From contig CAWDGE010000011.1 of NCBI GenBank assembly GCA_963801755.1, positions 55,921 through 119,920 of the forward strand: a DNA stretch of 64,000 nt. The letters are read 5' to 3'. Made by a program: the position numbers and the translations under genes. Each line of letters starts with the position of its first letter. Position 1 is the first letter of the stretch. Shown piece by piece: positions 40,927 to 51,673 of the stretch. Under the pieces are notes generated by a model. That model had not been told where the DNA came from and did not search any database. It saw only the letters and a program-made list of their open reading frames with translations. The stretch is from an uncultured Nitrospirales bacterium. Its GTDB lineage: Bacteria; Nitrospirota; Nitrospiria; Nitrospirales; UBA8639.

Positions 40927-41208
40927 ATGGTAAAAATTTTGATATTTGGCCTTTCACTTCGTGAAGCGGTTGAAGACCCTGAGGTGGAAATTTCGTTAGA
41001 GAGCCCTACCACTATCGGCCAATTGCTGGAGGATTTCCCCGATCGCTTTCAAGGGTTAATGCCTTTCCTCCATGCCAATGAACTCATGTTGACAATTAAT
41101 CAGAAAATCTCCACCTTGGAAGCCATAGTGAAAAATGGGGATATCTTGAAAATTACTCACCAGGGAGGTGATAACCTTGCGGACGGAGCGATGTGGCACA
41201 ACCCTTAA
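40927..41208 (+). CDS. MoaD/ThiS-like (beta-grasp) protein with extension after GG
   Basis: VKILIFG...LREAV, VKNGDILKI...QGG followed by 12 extra residues. Confidence 0.6.
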   Translation: MVKILIFGLSLREAVEDPEVEISLESPTTIGQLLEDFPDRFQGLMPFLHANELMLTINQKISTLEAIVKNGDILKITHQGGDNLADGAMWHNP

Positions 41209-41278
41209 TTTGGCAGGGGGTGCCATGAATATTTTGTTTGGCGGGGAGAAGAGTTTTTTGGATTAGGGGATATGGTGG

Positions 41279-41494
41279 TTAGCTTGTCCCTTGTGAGGGA
41301 AGGAGTGATTCCTCGTCACATTTTTTGCAATTGAGAATCGTTTTGAGATGTGCTCGACGTCCTTCTGGTGAAAGAACCCAGGGGCGAAGGCTCAGTGGAG
41401 GCTGATGTCGAACATGCTGCCCATGTCCGCAAGCCAGATCTGCTACCCAATCATCTAAATCATCTTGATGGAACCCGATAATCGGTTGATTCAT
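41279..41494 (-). CDS. DUF3565 protein
   Basis: IIGFHQD...WVADLACGHGQHVRHQPP...RPWV...CKKCD. Confidence 0.85.
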   Translation of the reverse strand: MNQPIIGFHQDDLDDWVADLACGHGQHVRHQPPLSLRPWVLSPEGRRAHLKTILNCKKCDEESLLPSQGTS

Positions 41495-41540
41495 CTCCCC
41501 TCAGACCTTTTTTGATGTGGGACTATGATGAATTCGCAAA

Positions 41541-42263
41541 TTATTTCCCGAAGACATCCTTGAGTAAATCTGTGACTCGTGCTGCGGGGTTCGTCCGGAT
41601 TTTTTTCTCCTCCTCCGCCAGAGTGTGAAATAGTCCGTCCAGGCTTTTCCCGACTACATAGTCGTCCAAATCAAAGGCCGGTACTTTGACAAACGGTAGG
41701 GTCGTATATTGTCCCACCAATTCCTTGTATTGCGTGGTGACCCCGACTTGGCCCATTGTCTTCTCCACTTCGGGTTTAAACGCGGTGGCCAGTTGATCAC
41801 GGGTTTTACCCTGGAAGTAATCGGTTGCTGCGGTATCTCCTCCATCCAGGATTTTCTTGCCATCGTCAAAGCTCATATTGGTGACCGCATCTTTAAATAT
41901 GGGCTTGGCTAAGGGAGCGGCCTGTTCAGCGGCTCGGTTCATACTGATCACCAACTCATCGACTTGAGGGCCGAATCCGGCCAGTCGAAGCGCTTTGTCC
42001 ATGGATTGAAGTTTTTCCGGTAGTAAAATTTTAATGGCTTCATTCTCTAAAAAGCCGTCTGTGTTGCCAGTGAGTTTCACGGTATTTTCCGTCCCGACGC
42101 TGAGAGCCTCTTTAAGACCAGATATTATTTTGTCATCTCCGATGGTTTTTTCGCCAGGCAAAGACATTTTATCGATCTCTTTCATAAAGTCACCAAATTG
42201 TGCCGAGGCGATTTGCGGAAAGAGCAAGAGGAGAAAACTCATAATGACGCGAGAAATGATCAT
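41541..42263 (-). CDS. DUF4197 exported protein
   Basis: GLKEALSVG, IKILLP, MNRAAEQA, AATDYF, AEEEKKIRTNP. Confidence 0.88.
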   Translation of the reverse strand: MIISRVIMSFLLLLFPQIASAQFGDFMKEIDKMSLPGEKTIGDDKIISGLKEALSVGTENTVKLTGNTDGFLENEAIKILLPEKLQSMDKALRLAGFGPQVDELVISMNRAAEQAAPLAKPIFKDAVTNMSFDDGKKILDGGDTAATDYFQGKTRDQLATAFKPEVEKTMGQVGVTTQYKELVGQYTTLPFVKVPAFDLDDYVVGKSLDGLFHTLAEEEKKIRTNPAARVTDLLKDVFGK

Positions 42264-42537
42264 TGTTCACTCCAATTATGAAATAATAAAGAAACGGTTG
42301 GAGGGTGGTCGGAGGAAAACGGGAATAAGAGGGGAAGGAATATCACAAACGACTCATCTCATCTTCCTCTTCCTGTGAGATGGGACCCACAAGGAAGAGG
42401 GGAGGCTTGCGCCCTGGGATTATCCTGGGGAGGATAGACTAAAAAACATAAGCAGTCTTCAAATCCTCAGGAGGCAAATTCCGGCTCTTCCTCGTGGGTG
42501 GTTCAAAAAGCACCCTAAAGTGTAACATGCCTCAAGA

Positions 42538-42903
42538 CTAAGCTATAGGAGTACAACTCATCCCTGACCTCTTGCCTTTACTCGATGATGCTAAAGGTCT
42601 AGACAGGAGCGGACGGGTTTTTTTCTTCATCGCCTCTCGTTGAGGATTGAGGCGATTTTCCAAAATTACGGGATCAATGACTTCACCGCATTGCAAGCAT
42701 CGTTTGGTCAAAATTTCCATTCCACCAGCATCATAGTTCACATTCATGCACCAATGGGAAACCATGAACCCTCCACACCGTGTACAGGTATCTGAATGTC
42801 TTGGATCCACCATTTTTGTAGTAGGAGTGGCATGAGCCGTTTCATGCTTGAGGGGACTTTTCCCAGGTGTCGGGGTCTTTTTTTGTATTCCAAAATGTCC
42901 CAT
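42538..42903 (-). CDS. Small zinc-ribbon hypothetical protein
   Basis: CTRCGGFM...RCLQCGEVIDPVILENR; AAGGAG RBS. Confidence 0.7.
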   Translation of the reverse strand: MGHFGIQKKTPTPGKSPLKHETAHATPTTKMVDPRHSDTCTRCGGFMVSHWCMNVNYDAGGMEILTKRCLQCGEVIDPVILENRLNPQREAMKKKTRPLLSRPLASSSKGKRSGMSCTPIA

Positions 42904-43250
42904 ATGTATCTCCTTGTTCCCGATTGTCATGACATATCTACTATATTGTCTCGTTGGTAGATATAGCTCTTTGAGCTTAAGTCAAGATTAATCCAATATT
43001 AAAAAATTCTCATAATTGTATATTTAGAACATCAATAACTTCAATAAATGGGAATTAACCCTTAATAATTAAACAGATTGAATTTATATTTGGTATATTT
43101 TCTTACATTTTTTATGCTAAGTAAAAACACCATAAACTAAGAAACAGAAAAGTAAAGGAGGAGAACAAGGAGAACATTGTCTGTTAAGAGCCGGAGGCTT
43201 TTGGGGTAATTTACGGAAAGTCTGGAAAATTTCTAAAGACGAAAACGGTC

Positions 43251-43856
43251 TTACTGCCAGCGAAAGTGAACGGGTGTGGTCTTTTCCCCTGATAGGGTGA
43301 TGTTTTTTTCAATAGTGATCCCAGTTGAATCGGTTGCTTTGACCACATATTTTCCCGGAGCAAGGTTCAGAAACAACCAAGGACCTTGTACCTCCTCACC
43401 CGGAATAGACACGAGCGTTGTCTGCTCTGAGTTGATCACTTCAACTGCCACGCCAGCCAAGAAAGCGCGTTCACCTTTCACAAAGATCAATTTAAGGGAA
43501 TAGGCTGGGTATGACAGGCTCCGTTCCTCTTTACCTAATCCGGCGCTGAAATATTGAACAGCGTTCTGCTCATGGAGAGGGAATCTGAGTTTATCAGGGA
43601 TGCCTTTACCTTCCAGGGGAATTTCTAAGAACTTGGAGAGAGATGCTGAGCCTTCACTTGTGGCGGCCCAGGATGATGTTGAAGCAGCCAACAAAGTCAG
43701 GATCATCAAAAGACACGCACTCAATCTCAACCTGGCAGACAACTGTTTCTTTATTGGTTTCAGATCATTTTCTCCATCTGTTGTCAATCTGCTGGTGATT
43801 CCTGCTCTCACGGGCGATACCTCATCCTTTCCAATTAAGACGTAGTCTCCAACCAA
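43251..43856 (-). CDS. Exported hypothetical protein (carboxypeptidase-regulatory-like beta domain)
   Basis: YFSAGLGKEER, YSLKLIF, FLAGVAV, GPWLFLNLAPGKYVVKA; real start probably further downstream. Confidence 0.6.
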   Translation of the reverse strand: MVGDYVLIGKDEVSPVRAGITSRLTTDGENDLKPIKKQLSARLRLSACLLMILTLLAASTSSWAATSEGSASLSKFLEIPLEGKGIPDKLRFPLHEQNAVQYFSAGLGKEERSLSYPAYSLKLIFVKGERAFLAGVAVEVINSEQTTLVSIPGEEVQGPWLFLNLAPGKYVVKATDSTGITIEKNITLSGEKTTPVHFRWQ

Positions 43857-44056
43857 CCCCTGGAATTACTAAGGATATAATAGCAATTTTAGGTTCCTTA
43901 AGAAAGAATAGCTCAAATATGTCATTGGTCAAAATCTGGCCCCAGATGAAATAACCAGAGGAAGGTAGGAAAATAAGGTCTGGACTTCATTCAAAATCCT
44001 TAACAAGAGAATAGCCTTTTCAATGAAGGAAACAGGAGAGAAATCGTCTCCTCAAC

Positions 44057-45483
44057 TTATGAAGATTTTGGCGGAAGGCCTTCCGGGGATGGCTCCATTT
44101 CCCCAGGCGGTCTTGGCATGTGTTCTATGCATTTGATGTCCATGAGGTCTTTTTTCGCGCTGATCCCGAGCGATTTGAATTTCTTCTGGCCGTGGGCCAG
44201 ATCCGATTTTCCAATGAGGTGACGGTCGTATTATAGGATTCGACGGTCCGACCCAAGGCTTGTCCAATTCTACCAAAATGCTCTGCCAGCGTGCTCAGTC
44301 GATCAGCGAGTTCTTGTCCGAGGATGCTAATGCGTTGGGCCCCTTCAGCCACTTGTTCCTGGCGCCATCCATAGGCAATGGCTCGCAACAAGGCAATGAA
44401 CGTGGTGGGGGTGGCGATGACGACTTTTTTCGTTAAGGCGGACTCGACAAGTGAAGGGTCCCGCTCTGCGGCGGCAGCTAAGAACGAATCATTGGGGATA
44501 AATAAGACCACAAATTCCGGAGCGGCTGGAAATTGATCCCAATATTCCTTTGAGGCTAATTGACTGATATGGCGTTTCACCTGACCGAGATGCCGGTTGA
44601 GCGCAGCTTCCCGATCTTCGTCCGTGTGCGTTTCCAGGCTATCTAAAAACGCACTGAGCGGCACTTTGGAGTCGACCACCACATCTCTTCCTGCCGGGAG
44701 TTTGACGATCATATCGGGACGCAAACGCCCTGTTTCAGTGGAGACGCTTTCCTGTTCAAAAAAATCGCAGTTTGCTGACATGCCGGCTAATTCAGCGGTT
44801 CTCCGAAGCGCGATTTCCCCCCAGCGTCCTCGAACCTGTGGTGATCGTAAGGCATTGACCAATTTGGAGGTTTCCGCTTGGAGAATGGCCTGGGAAGAGG
44901 CCAATTGGCGTAACTGTTCTCCCACCACACTGAGTTCACGAAGCCGCTTATCTTCTAAGGCTTGAGATTCTTTTTGGTAGGTACGTAGGGATTCGGTGAG
45001 CGGCTGCAACAAGGATTCAATGGAGGTGTGGCGTTGGTCGAAGGAAGCCGTCGCTTCTTCTTTGAGGGCTTTAAACTTTTCCTCGGCCAGGGTCAGAAAT
45101 CCCTTATTGTTCCCTGCCAGGGCTTCCGAGGCCAAAGATCGAAAGGTATCCGACAAGGTCAATTTCGCATCCTCCAGCAAGGCCCGCTGTTCAGCTAAAT
45201 GTCGTTGTGTATTTTCAAGGTTCGTTTCTGCCGACACTTTGGCCACTTCCATCAGACGAAATTCTTGATGGACCCGCTCACGTTCCTGTTGCAGGGCGGC
45301 TAATTGGGTCCGAAGTTCTTCGGTTTGGGCTTGGGCAGAAGCAAATTGGGTTGCGGTCTCTTGTAAGGCTTGGATCTTCCTTCCTCGATAGAGAATGGAA
45401 CATATGACCCACGCGATGGTCCCTCCGACCAGCAAGCCGGCTAGGAGAATCCATAATAGCTGAGGGTCATATGAGGCGATCAT
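44057..45483 (-). CDS. rmuC: DNA recombination protein RmuC (frameshift near 44185)
   Basis: RGRWGE, RPDMIVKLP, VVDSKVPL, PEFVVLFIP, ATPTT; C-terminus continues in another frame to stop at 44057. Confidence 0.9.
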
Positions 45484-45740
45484 GCTTGAGAAGGGAGTAC
45501 CTACACGGACGATGAAAGCTCCTTACATCATGTTGACCTGCAAGAGATCATGGGGTTTTTCAACTGCTGGCCCATCCCCGAATGAAGGAGATGCCAGGTT
45601 TGCCGCCAGGCAGGAATGACGAATCCGAGAAGAATTTTGGCCAATTTCGATAGACGTATTTCTCATTCTTGGGTACAGTAAGATAATGTTCACCTCATGC
45701 GATTCAGCGTCACACAGGAATAGAGGTTAGGATAGCAAAT

Positions 45741-47567
45741 ATGGAAAAAAAATATCGGGTCTCTATTTGGTATTTCATTATTGCGTTCTGGGGACTCATT
45801 ATTCTCCAGGAAATGTATTTTGCCGCCCAACATATGGATGAGGTGCCGTACAGTCAATTTAAAGCCTGGGTTCAGGAAGATAAGGTGGCTGAGATCTCCA
45901 TCACGGACAAAGTCATTCACGGAAAATTAAAGTCTGAAAAAGGAGGGGAAAGCCCCCAATGGTTTCAGTCGGTGCGGGTGGATGATCCGGAATTAGTGAA
46001 ACTATTGGAAGAAAAGCATGTGGAATTTGCCGGAGTCATCGTCAGCACGCTCTGGAAGGACGTGGCATCCTGGGTCGTCCCTATTCTGGTCTTTGCCGGG
46101 ATTTGGTTTTGGATTTTGCGGAAGATGGGGCAAGGAGCGGGGGGCGGTTTTATGCGAATCGGGAAATCCAAAGCTAAAGTCTATATTGAGAGCGACATCA
46201 AGACTCGCATGGATGATGTGGCCGGAGTCAATGAAGCCAAAGTGGAACTCATGGAAGTGGTTGAATTTTTAAAGACTCCTGAAAAATTCACCAAGATTGG
46301 GGGACGCATCCCCAAGGGGGTGCTCTTGGTCGGGCCGCCGGGCACCGGGAAAACCATGCTGGCGAAAGCTATTGCGGGAGAAGCCGGCGTGCCATTTTTT
46401 TCCATTAGCGGGTCGGAATTTGTGGAAATGTTTGTGGGAGTGGGAGCGGCCCGCGTGCGAGATTTGTTTGAACAAGCCACGGCCAAGGCGCCATGTATCA
46501 TTTTCATAGATGAGTTGGATGCATTGGGAAAAGCCCGGGGAACGGGGCCCATGATGCATGAAGAACGTGAACAAACGCTGAATCAATTATTGGTGGAAAT
46601 GGACGGGTTTGATCCTCGAGTGGGGGTCATTATGTTGGCTGCCACCAACCGTCCTGAAATTCTGGATCAGGCGTTGTTGCGCGCAGGCCGTTTTGATCGA
46701 CAGGTGCTGGTAGATCGCCCCGATCGGCCAGGAAGAGTCGCTATTCTGGCCATCCATGCCAAAAACATTAAACTGGCACCGGATGTCGATTTAGATAAAA
46801 TTGCCGCCATGACCCCGGGAATGGTTGGCGCAGATTTAGCCAATGTGGTGAATGAGGCTGCCCTGCTCGCCATTCGACGAAATCGGGAGACGGCGGAACA
46901 TCAGGACTTCCAGGAAGCCGTTGAACGGGTGATTGCCGGTCTGGAAAAGAGAAACCGCGTCCTCAGCGTGGAAGAACGCAAACGCGTTGCTCATCATGAG
47001 GTCGGGCATGCGTTGGTGGCGATGTCGTTGCCCGGGTCAGATCCTGTTCAAAAAATCTCGATCATTCCTCGCGGCATTGCGGCATTGGGCTACACGCTGC
47101 AGCTCCCGATCGAAGACCGATATTTATTCACCCATTCCGAATTAGAAAATCGCATTGCCGTGTTGTTAGGTGGGCGCATCGCGGAGGAGTTGGTCTTTGG
47201 AGAGGCCTCAACAGGAGCAGCTGATGATTTGCAAAAGGCAACCAGGATTGCCAAGCGGATGGTCAAAGATTTTGGCATGAGTGATCTGTTGGGAACCGTG
47301 GCGTTAGATGATTCCGTTCAGCCGACCTTCTTGAAAAATATGGAAGGACATTCCACTCCAACCTATTCCGAGCACACCGCGCAACAGGTCGATCAGGAAG
47401 TGCGCCGCCTCATTGAAGAACAAGGGATTCGCGTCCGAGAGCTGCTGACGAAGCTTCGGCCGGTATTGTTGACCGGGGCCGAGACCTTGTTGAAGGCGGA
47501 AGTCATGACCGGGGAAGAATTGATGGCGCTTCTCCACGCCAAGGAAGAAGAACCCATTCCAAGCTAG
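45741..47567 (+). CDS. ftsH: ATP-dependent zinc metalloprotease FtsH
   Basis: 2 [38 protein letters not shown]. Confidence 0.96.
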   Translation: MEKKYRVSIWYFIIAFWGLIILQEMYFAAQHMDEVPYSQFKAWVQEDKVAEISITDKVIHGKLKSEKGGESPQWFQSVRVDDPELVKLLEEKHVEFAGVIVSTLWKDVASWVVPILVFAGIWFWILRKMGQGAGGGFMRIGKSKAKVYIESDIKTRMDDVAGVNEAKVELMEVVEFLKTPEKFTKIGGRIPKGVLLVGPPGTGKTMLAKAIAGEAGVPFFSISGSEFVEMFVGVGAARVRDLFEQATAKAPCIIFIDELDALGKARGTGPMMHEEREQTLNQLLVEMDGFDPRVGVIMLAATNRPEILDQALLRAGRFDRQVLVDRPDRPGRVAILAIHAKNIKLAPDVDLDKIAAMTPGMVGADLANVVNEAALLAIRRNRETAEHQDFQEAVERVIAGLEKRNRVLSVEERKRVAHHEVGHALVAMSLPGSDPVQKISIIPRGIAALGYTLQLPIEDRYLFTHSELENRIAVLLGGRIAEELVFGEASTGAADDLQKATRIAKRMVKDFGMSDLLGTVALDDSVQPTFLKNMEGHSTPTYSEHTAQQVDQEVRRLIEEQGIRVRELLTKLRPVLLTGAETLLKAEVMTGEELMALLHAKEEEPIPS

Positions 47568-47913
47568 TTCCACACGACAACATGAGGGCTTTCGTGACCG
47601 AAACACCCCTACACTGATATCTCCAAAATTCCTGCCAGGCCTAGTTCCGCCCAGGGAAGGAAAAACCCCAATCCGAACCACCCCGCAGTGTCTGTCCCCT
47701 CGTCTTGTTCGAGGGGGGCATCCAAAGAATTCATCCCACCCAATTCCTGTAAAAAGCTGGTGAGCCACAGGTATTTATGAAAAAGAGGCCGGAACCTGAG
47801 AGGCATGAATAGTTCGATGTTTATCCAGAAGATGATAGAATTTTGGTGACTGGGGGGAATGGTCTTTTCTCGAATCGTGAGACAGAGCAAACAGCATAAC
47901 CGGAGGACAGGGT

Positions 47914-49293
47914 ATGTTTAACACGATCATCGAACCCTTTCGTATCAAAATGGTCGAACATATCCGGATGACGACGGAAACCGAACGCCGAGAATTAATT
48001 GCCAAAGCGGGGTACAACGTGTTTCGACTGCACTCCGATGATGTCCTGATCGATCTCCTGACCGACAGTGGCACCGGGGCCATGAGTGCCAAGCAGTGGT
48101 CGGCCATGATGCGGGGGGATGAAAGTTATGCGGGAAGTCCATCGTTTTACCGGTTTGAAGCCGTCGTACAGGATTTAATGGGGTTCACGCATGTCATTCC
48201 GACACATCAGGGACGAGCCGCAGAACGCATCCTGTTTTCCACCATGTGCAGGGCCGGCGATATTGTTCCCAACAATACGCATTTCGATACCACCAGAGCG
48301 AACGTGGAATTTGGTGGGGCCAAGCCAGTAGATCTGCCCTGTCGCGAATTGGCCGATCTGTCCAGTGAATTTCCCTTCAAAGGGAATATGAATGTCGAAA
48401 GTCTTCGCGCGGTTTTTCAAAAAGAAGGGCGCGAGCGTATTCCGTTGGTGATGATCACCGTCACCAATAATTCCGGTGGAGGCCAACCGGTCTCGATGGC
48501 CAACATGAGAGAAGTGGCCGAGGTCTGCCGTGCCTTTGACCGCCCGTTGTATTTGGATGCCTGCCGGATTGCAGAAAATGCCTATTTCATTAAACTCCGC
48601 GAACCGGGATATGCGGGCAAAATGGTCCGCGACATTGTTCGCGAAATGTGTGATCTGGCCGATGGCTGTACCATGTCCGCAAAAAAGGATGCCATTGTGA
48701 ACATCGGGGGATTTCTTGCCACACGCAACGCCGAATTGGCCCAGCAAGAGCAAAATCTGTTGATCTTAACCGAGGGGTTTCCCACCTATGGGGGATTGGC
48801 TGGACGCGATTTAGAAGCGATGGCCGTAGGGTTACATGAAGGCATGGAGGAAGATTATCTCCAGTATCGCATTACCTCCACGGGGTATCTGGGCAACCAT
48901 TTACATGAAGCCGGTGTGCCGATCCTGCGCCCGCCCGGTGGACATGCCATCTATCTGGATGCCGCCCGCTTTGCATCGCACCTCCAACCGCTCGACCTTC
49001 CAGGTATTTCGCTCTGTGTGAAGTTATATGTGTTGGGAGGCATTCGGGCGGTGGAAATCGGCACCGCCATGTTTGGCAAGCGCAATGCGGAAACCGGGGA
49101 AGAAGAGACGGGCCCTCGCGAACTTGTTCGGTTGGCGATTCCCAGGCGGGTCTACACCCAAAGTCATGTGGATTATATCGTGGAAGTGGTGGAAGAGGCG
49201 TTCCGGCGGCGTGAGGGCTTGAAGCCGTTTCGATTTTTAGAACAAGCGCCCTTTCTCCGGCATTTCACCGCTCGATATGGGGTAGCGGAATGA
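47914..49293 (+). CDS. tnaA: Tryptophanase / tyrosine phenol-lyase family beta-eliminating lyase
   Basis: EPFRIKMVE, IDLLTDSGT, PTHQGRAAE, MSAKKD (PLP Lys), EGFPTYGGLAGRD, RLAIPRRVYT, LRHFTAR; substrate (Trp versus Tyr) not resolvable by eye. Confidence 0.85.
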   Translation: MFNTIIEPFRIKMVEHIRMTTETERRELIAKAGYNVFRLHSDDVLIDLLTDSGTGAMSAKQWSAMMRGDESYAGSPSFYRFEAVVQDLMGFTHVIPTHQGRAAERILFSTMCRAGDIVPNNTHFDTTRANVEFGGAKPVDLPCRELADLSSEFPFKGNMNVESLRAVFQKEGRERIPLVMITVTNNSGGGQPVSMANMREVAEVCRAFDRPLYLDACRIAENAYFIKLREPGYAGKMVRDIVREMCDLADGCTMSAKKDAIVNIGGFLATRNAELAQQEQNLLILTEGFPTYGGLAGRDLEAMAVGLHEGMEEDYLQYRITSTGYLGNHLHEAGVPILRPPGGHAIYLDAARFASHLQPLDLPGISLCVKLYVLGGIRAVEIGTAMFGKRNAETGEEETGPRELVRLAIPRRVYTQSHVDYIVEVVEEAFRRREGLKPFRFLEQAPFLRHFTARYGVAE

Positions 49294-49390
49294 CTATCTG
49301 AACGGAAATTGTGGAAGTGAGGCTTTGAGTCGAACCTGGATATTCACGAAATTCTGCGAGCCGCTCCCTATTGAGATATCCTGCGAATGA

Positions 49391-49840
49391 TTATTTAAAA
49401 ACATTACGCTTTAAGGGGATCAATAACTTCCAGAAAAGGAAACCGATGAAAGTCCATGTCTCGTGTGTAGATTGTCGAATACCATGTTCCTTCATCAGGA
49501 TAGCAGTGTGGGTATCGTGGAGTAAATTGCCCTGCAATTGAGGGACATCATTGAGCACTTCTTGAGCAACAGCCGCATGACGATCTGTTTCCACTAATAC
49601 GCCCAATGCCGGGGATGTAATAATCGCATCCACGAATTGCCAGGCTTGTGAAGCGGTCCAAGGGGATTTGAGGACGCGTGAATGAGTGGTGACACGAAGA
49701 AATTCATAGAGAATGCTCCATGTGACATACCAGGCTGATCGTTGGTTTCGCCAGCTTTCCAATACCTTTCGGCATTGAGCATGGACGGGAGAATCCTCGT
49801 CTGCAGCATAGACCAATATATTGGTATCCACGACGAACAC
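49391..49840 (-). CDS. vapC: VapC PIN-domain toxin (frameshift near C-terminus ~49470)
   Basis: FVVDTNILVYA, EFLRVTTH, GNLLHDTH; alternate frame gives TRDMDFHRF. Confidence 0.85.
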   Translation of the reverse strand: MFVVDTNILVYAADEDSPVHAQCRKVLESWRNQRSAWYVTWSILYEFLRVTTHSRVLKSPWTASQAWQFVDAIITSPALGVLVETDRHAAVAQEVLNDVPQLQGNLLHDTHTAILMKEHGIRQSTHETWTFIGFLFWKLLIPLKRNVFK

Positions 49841-50079
49841 TAGCGACCTTCCATGGCCTGGTAGAGTGCTTCACGTTCCGTGATATCCACCAAATAGCCA
49901 CCACCTTTAAAGGATGGAAGGGGGGAAAGGGGCTTTGGGGTTTTTGTGGTTTGAAATAACAACCGCAAAGCCGATTCGACCAATTCTGACATGGTTCGCC
50001 GTTGTTTTGCCGACTCCCGTTTGAGCTGCTCCATGACCTTGTCATCGATATTCAAGGTTGTCTTCATATGAAAAAACAT
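49840..50079 (-). CDS. vapB: VapB-like RHH antitoxin
   Basis: MKTTLNIDD...TMSELVESALR; stop overlaps the vapC GTG start. Confidence 0.8.
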   Translation of the reverse strand: MFFHMKTTLNIDDKVMEQLKRESAKQRRTMSELVESALRLLFQTTKTPKPLSPLPSFKGGGYLVDITEREALYQAMEGR

Positions 50080-50237
50080 ATCATGAAAATGGTTATATGG
50101 CTACATGGACCATATAACTATAGTGACCATAAGCAACGAAGTGAAGAGACCGGATGGAGAGAACTAATGACAGCCGAGGTCAAGAGCCTTTGCCCCCTTT
50201 GATCCTGGCTTCAGGGTACGTGCAGTTTTTCCGGATG

Positions 50238-50470
50238 GGGAAACTAGCACTGCCATGTTTGTCTAAAGGATTATGAAAACCGGGGGAGAAGAGTCAGGCC
50301 CTCGCGAACTTGTTTGGTTGGCGATTCCCAGGCGGGTCTACACTCAAAGCCATGGGGATTATATCCTGGAAGTGGTGAAAGAAGCGTTCCGGTGGCGTAA
50401 GGGCTTGAAGCTGTTTCGCTTTCTGGAACAAGCACCATTCCTCAGACATTTCACCGCTCAGTACCAAGTA
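50238..50470 (+). pseudogene. Diverged duplicate of the 3' end of tnaA
   Basis: GPRELVWLAIPRRVYTQSHGDYILEVVKEAF...FRFLEQAPFLRHFTA versus ~49051-49283 GPRELVRLAIPRRVYTQSHVDYIVEVVEEAF... Confidence 0.92.
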
Positions 50471-50675
50471 TGGTGGAATAATCAAAAATGGGAACATTGC
50501 CGAAGTGCGGAATGAGGCACAATTGTCAGTTGTTCCTTAGTTCTTCTGCATTGAGGTATGATGCTTCGAAAAATTGCCCCGAATAGATGAAATACTAATT
50601 GTTATACAGTGAGGACAATATGATCATTCAATTTCCCGGGACGCTCGTCAAAGAGGAAAAAAAGAAGAAAGGAGC

Positions 50676-51236
50676 ATGCTAATGCGTCATTTACTCTCGC
50701 TCTTATGCCATTTCACCACTTGTATGTGTAAACGGGGCGTTCTTGCCGCAGGACTGAGTTGCTGCCTGGTATACAGCGTGTCGGCTCAGGAAATCACGGT
50801 GTCCGAAGACACATTCGGGTGCATTCTCGATTTGCCGAAAGTTAGGAATACACGCTTCAAGCACGACGATCCGGAAAAACTCAAAGAGGCCATGCGTATC
50901 TTGCGGGACAGCGTCCCGGAGACCGAGTATCCGGTTGGAACCATTCTGCAACTTGTTCCTCATGAAGCCATGGTCAAGCATCCGCATGAGAAGTTTCCGA
51001 AAACGAACGGCTGGGAATTTTTCTTTTTGGAAGTCTCCAAAGAAGGCACCAAGATTACGGATCGGGGAGACGACGTCGTCAATGCTTCGCAAGGGGTCAC
51101 GTGCTTAAGTTGTCATCAGCCTGCGGCCAGGTTCGACTTCGTCTGTGAAAAGGGACATGGGTGCGCCCCAATCCCGTTCGATGATCAGAAGATCGCGGCG
51201 ATTCAAAAAGCGGACCCCCGCTGTACCAAAAACTAG
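50676..51236 (+). CDS. Exported monoheme c-type cytochrome, cytochrome P460/c'-beta-like
   Basis: Signal peptide; YPVGTIL, AMVKH, TNGWEFF, C-terminal CLSCH heme motif, DFV. Confidence 0.6.
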   Translation: MLMRHLLSLLCHFTTCMCKRGVLAAGLSCCLVYSVSAQEITVSEDTFGCILDLPKVRNTRFKHDDPEKLKEAMRILRDSVPETEYPVGTILQLVPHEAMVKHPHEKFPKTNGWEFFFLEVSKEGTKITDRGDDVVNASQGVTCLSCHQPAARFDFVCEKGHGCAPIPFDDQKIAAIQKADPRCTKN

Positions 51237-51610
51237 GAGGGGATAGTTTTGAGGTGAGGTAAAGCTTGCCGGAGGATTTGAGTCGAATAAGAAGCCTCAC
51301 GCACCCCTGACTCAATTTTCGTCAGGCATTCGGACGGTGGCAATCGGTAAGCCCATGCATGGCAAGCGAAAGCTGGGAATTGGAGAAGAAGGTTCTGGTC
51401 CTCGCGAACCAAATTTGCCATCCGGTTTTGGCCTAAGAGAGTGAAAGGCGGAGGTGGTTCGGAAGAGGGTCATTCCAGAAGTGACATACAATAGAGAAAG
51501 GATCCAATTATAGCAAAGCAGAAATAGCCATTTTTATTCAATTTTTTGTTTACGCGTTGAAGAAGGAGAAGTAGTAGTTGCATTGTTAATGCCTCTTAAA
51601 TTAGGAGACA

Positions 51611-51639
51611 TTGACTCTTTTACAAATCAGGAGTATATA
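51611..51639 (+). promoter_or_regulatory. Sigma70-type promoter of the hxs operon
   Basis: TTGACT-N17-TATATA, followed by TAAGGAGG RBS at 51661-51668. Confidence 0.6.
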
Positions 51640-51673
51640 ACGCACTACCCTTACCCCCCATAAGGAGGCTCCC

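Noticed and set aside
42950-43160. Very AT-rich intergenic tract as a replication origin or island boundary
   Set aside because: No DnaA boxes or iterons recognised; consistent with an AT-rich promoter region of the zinc-ribbon gene
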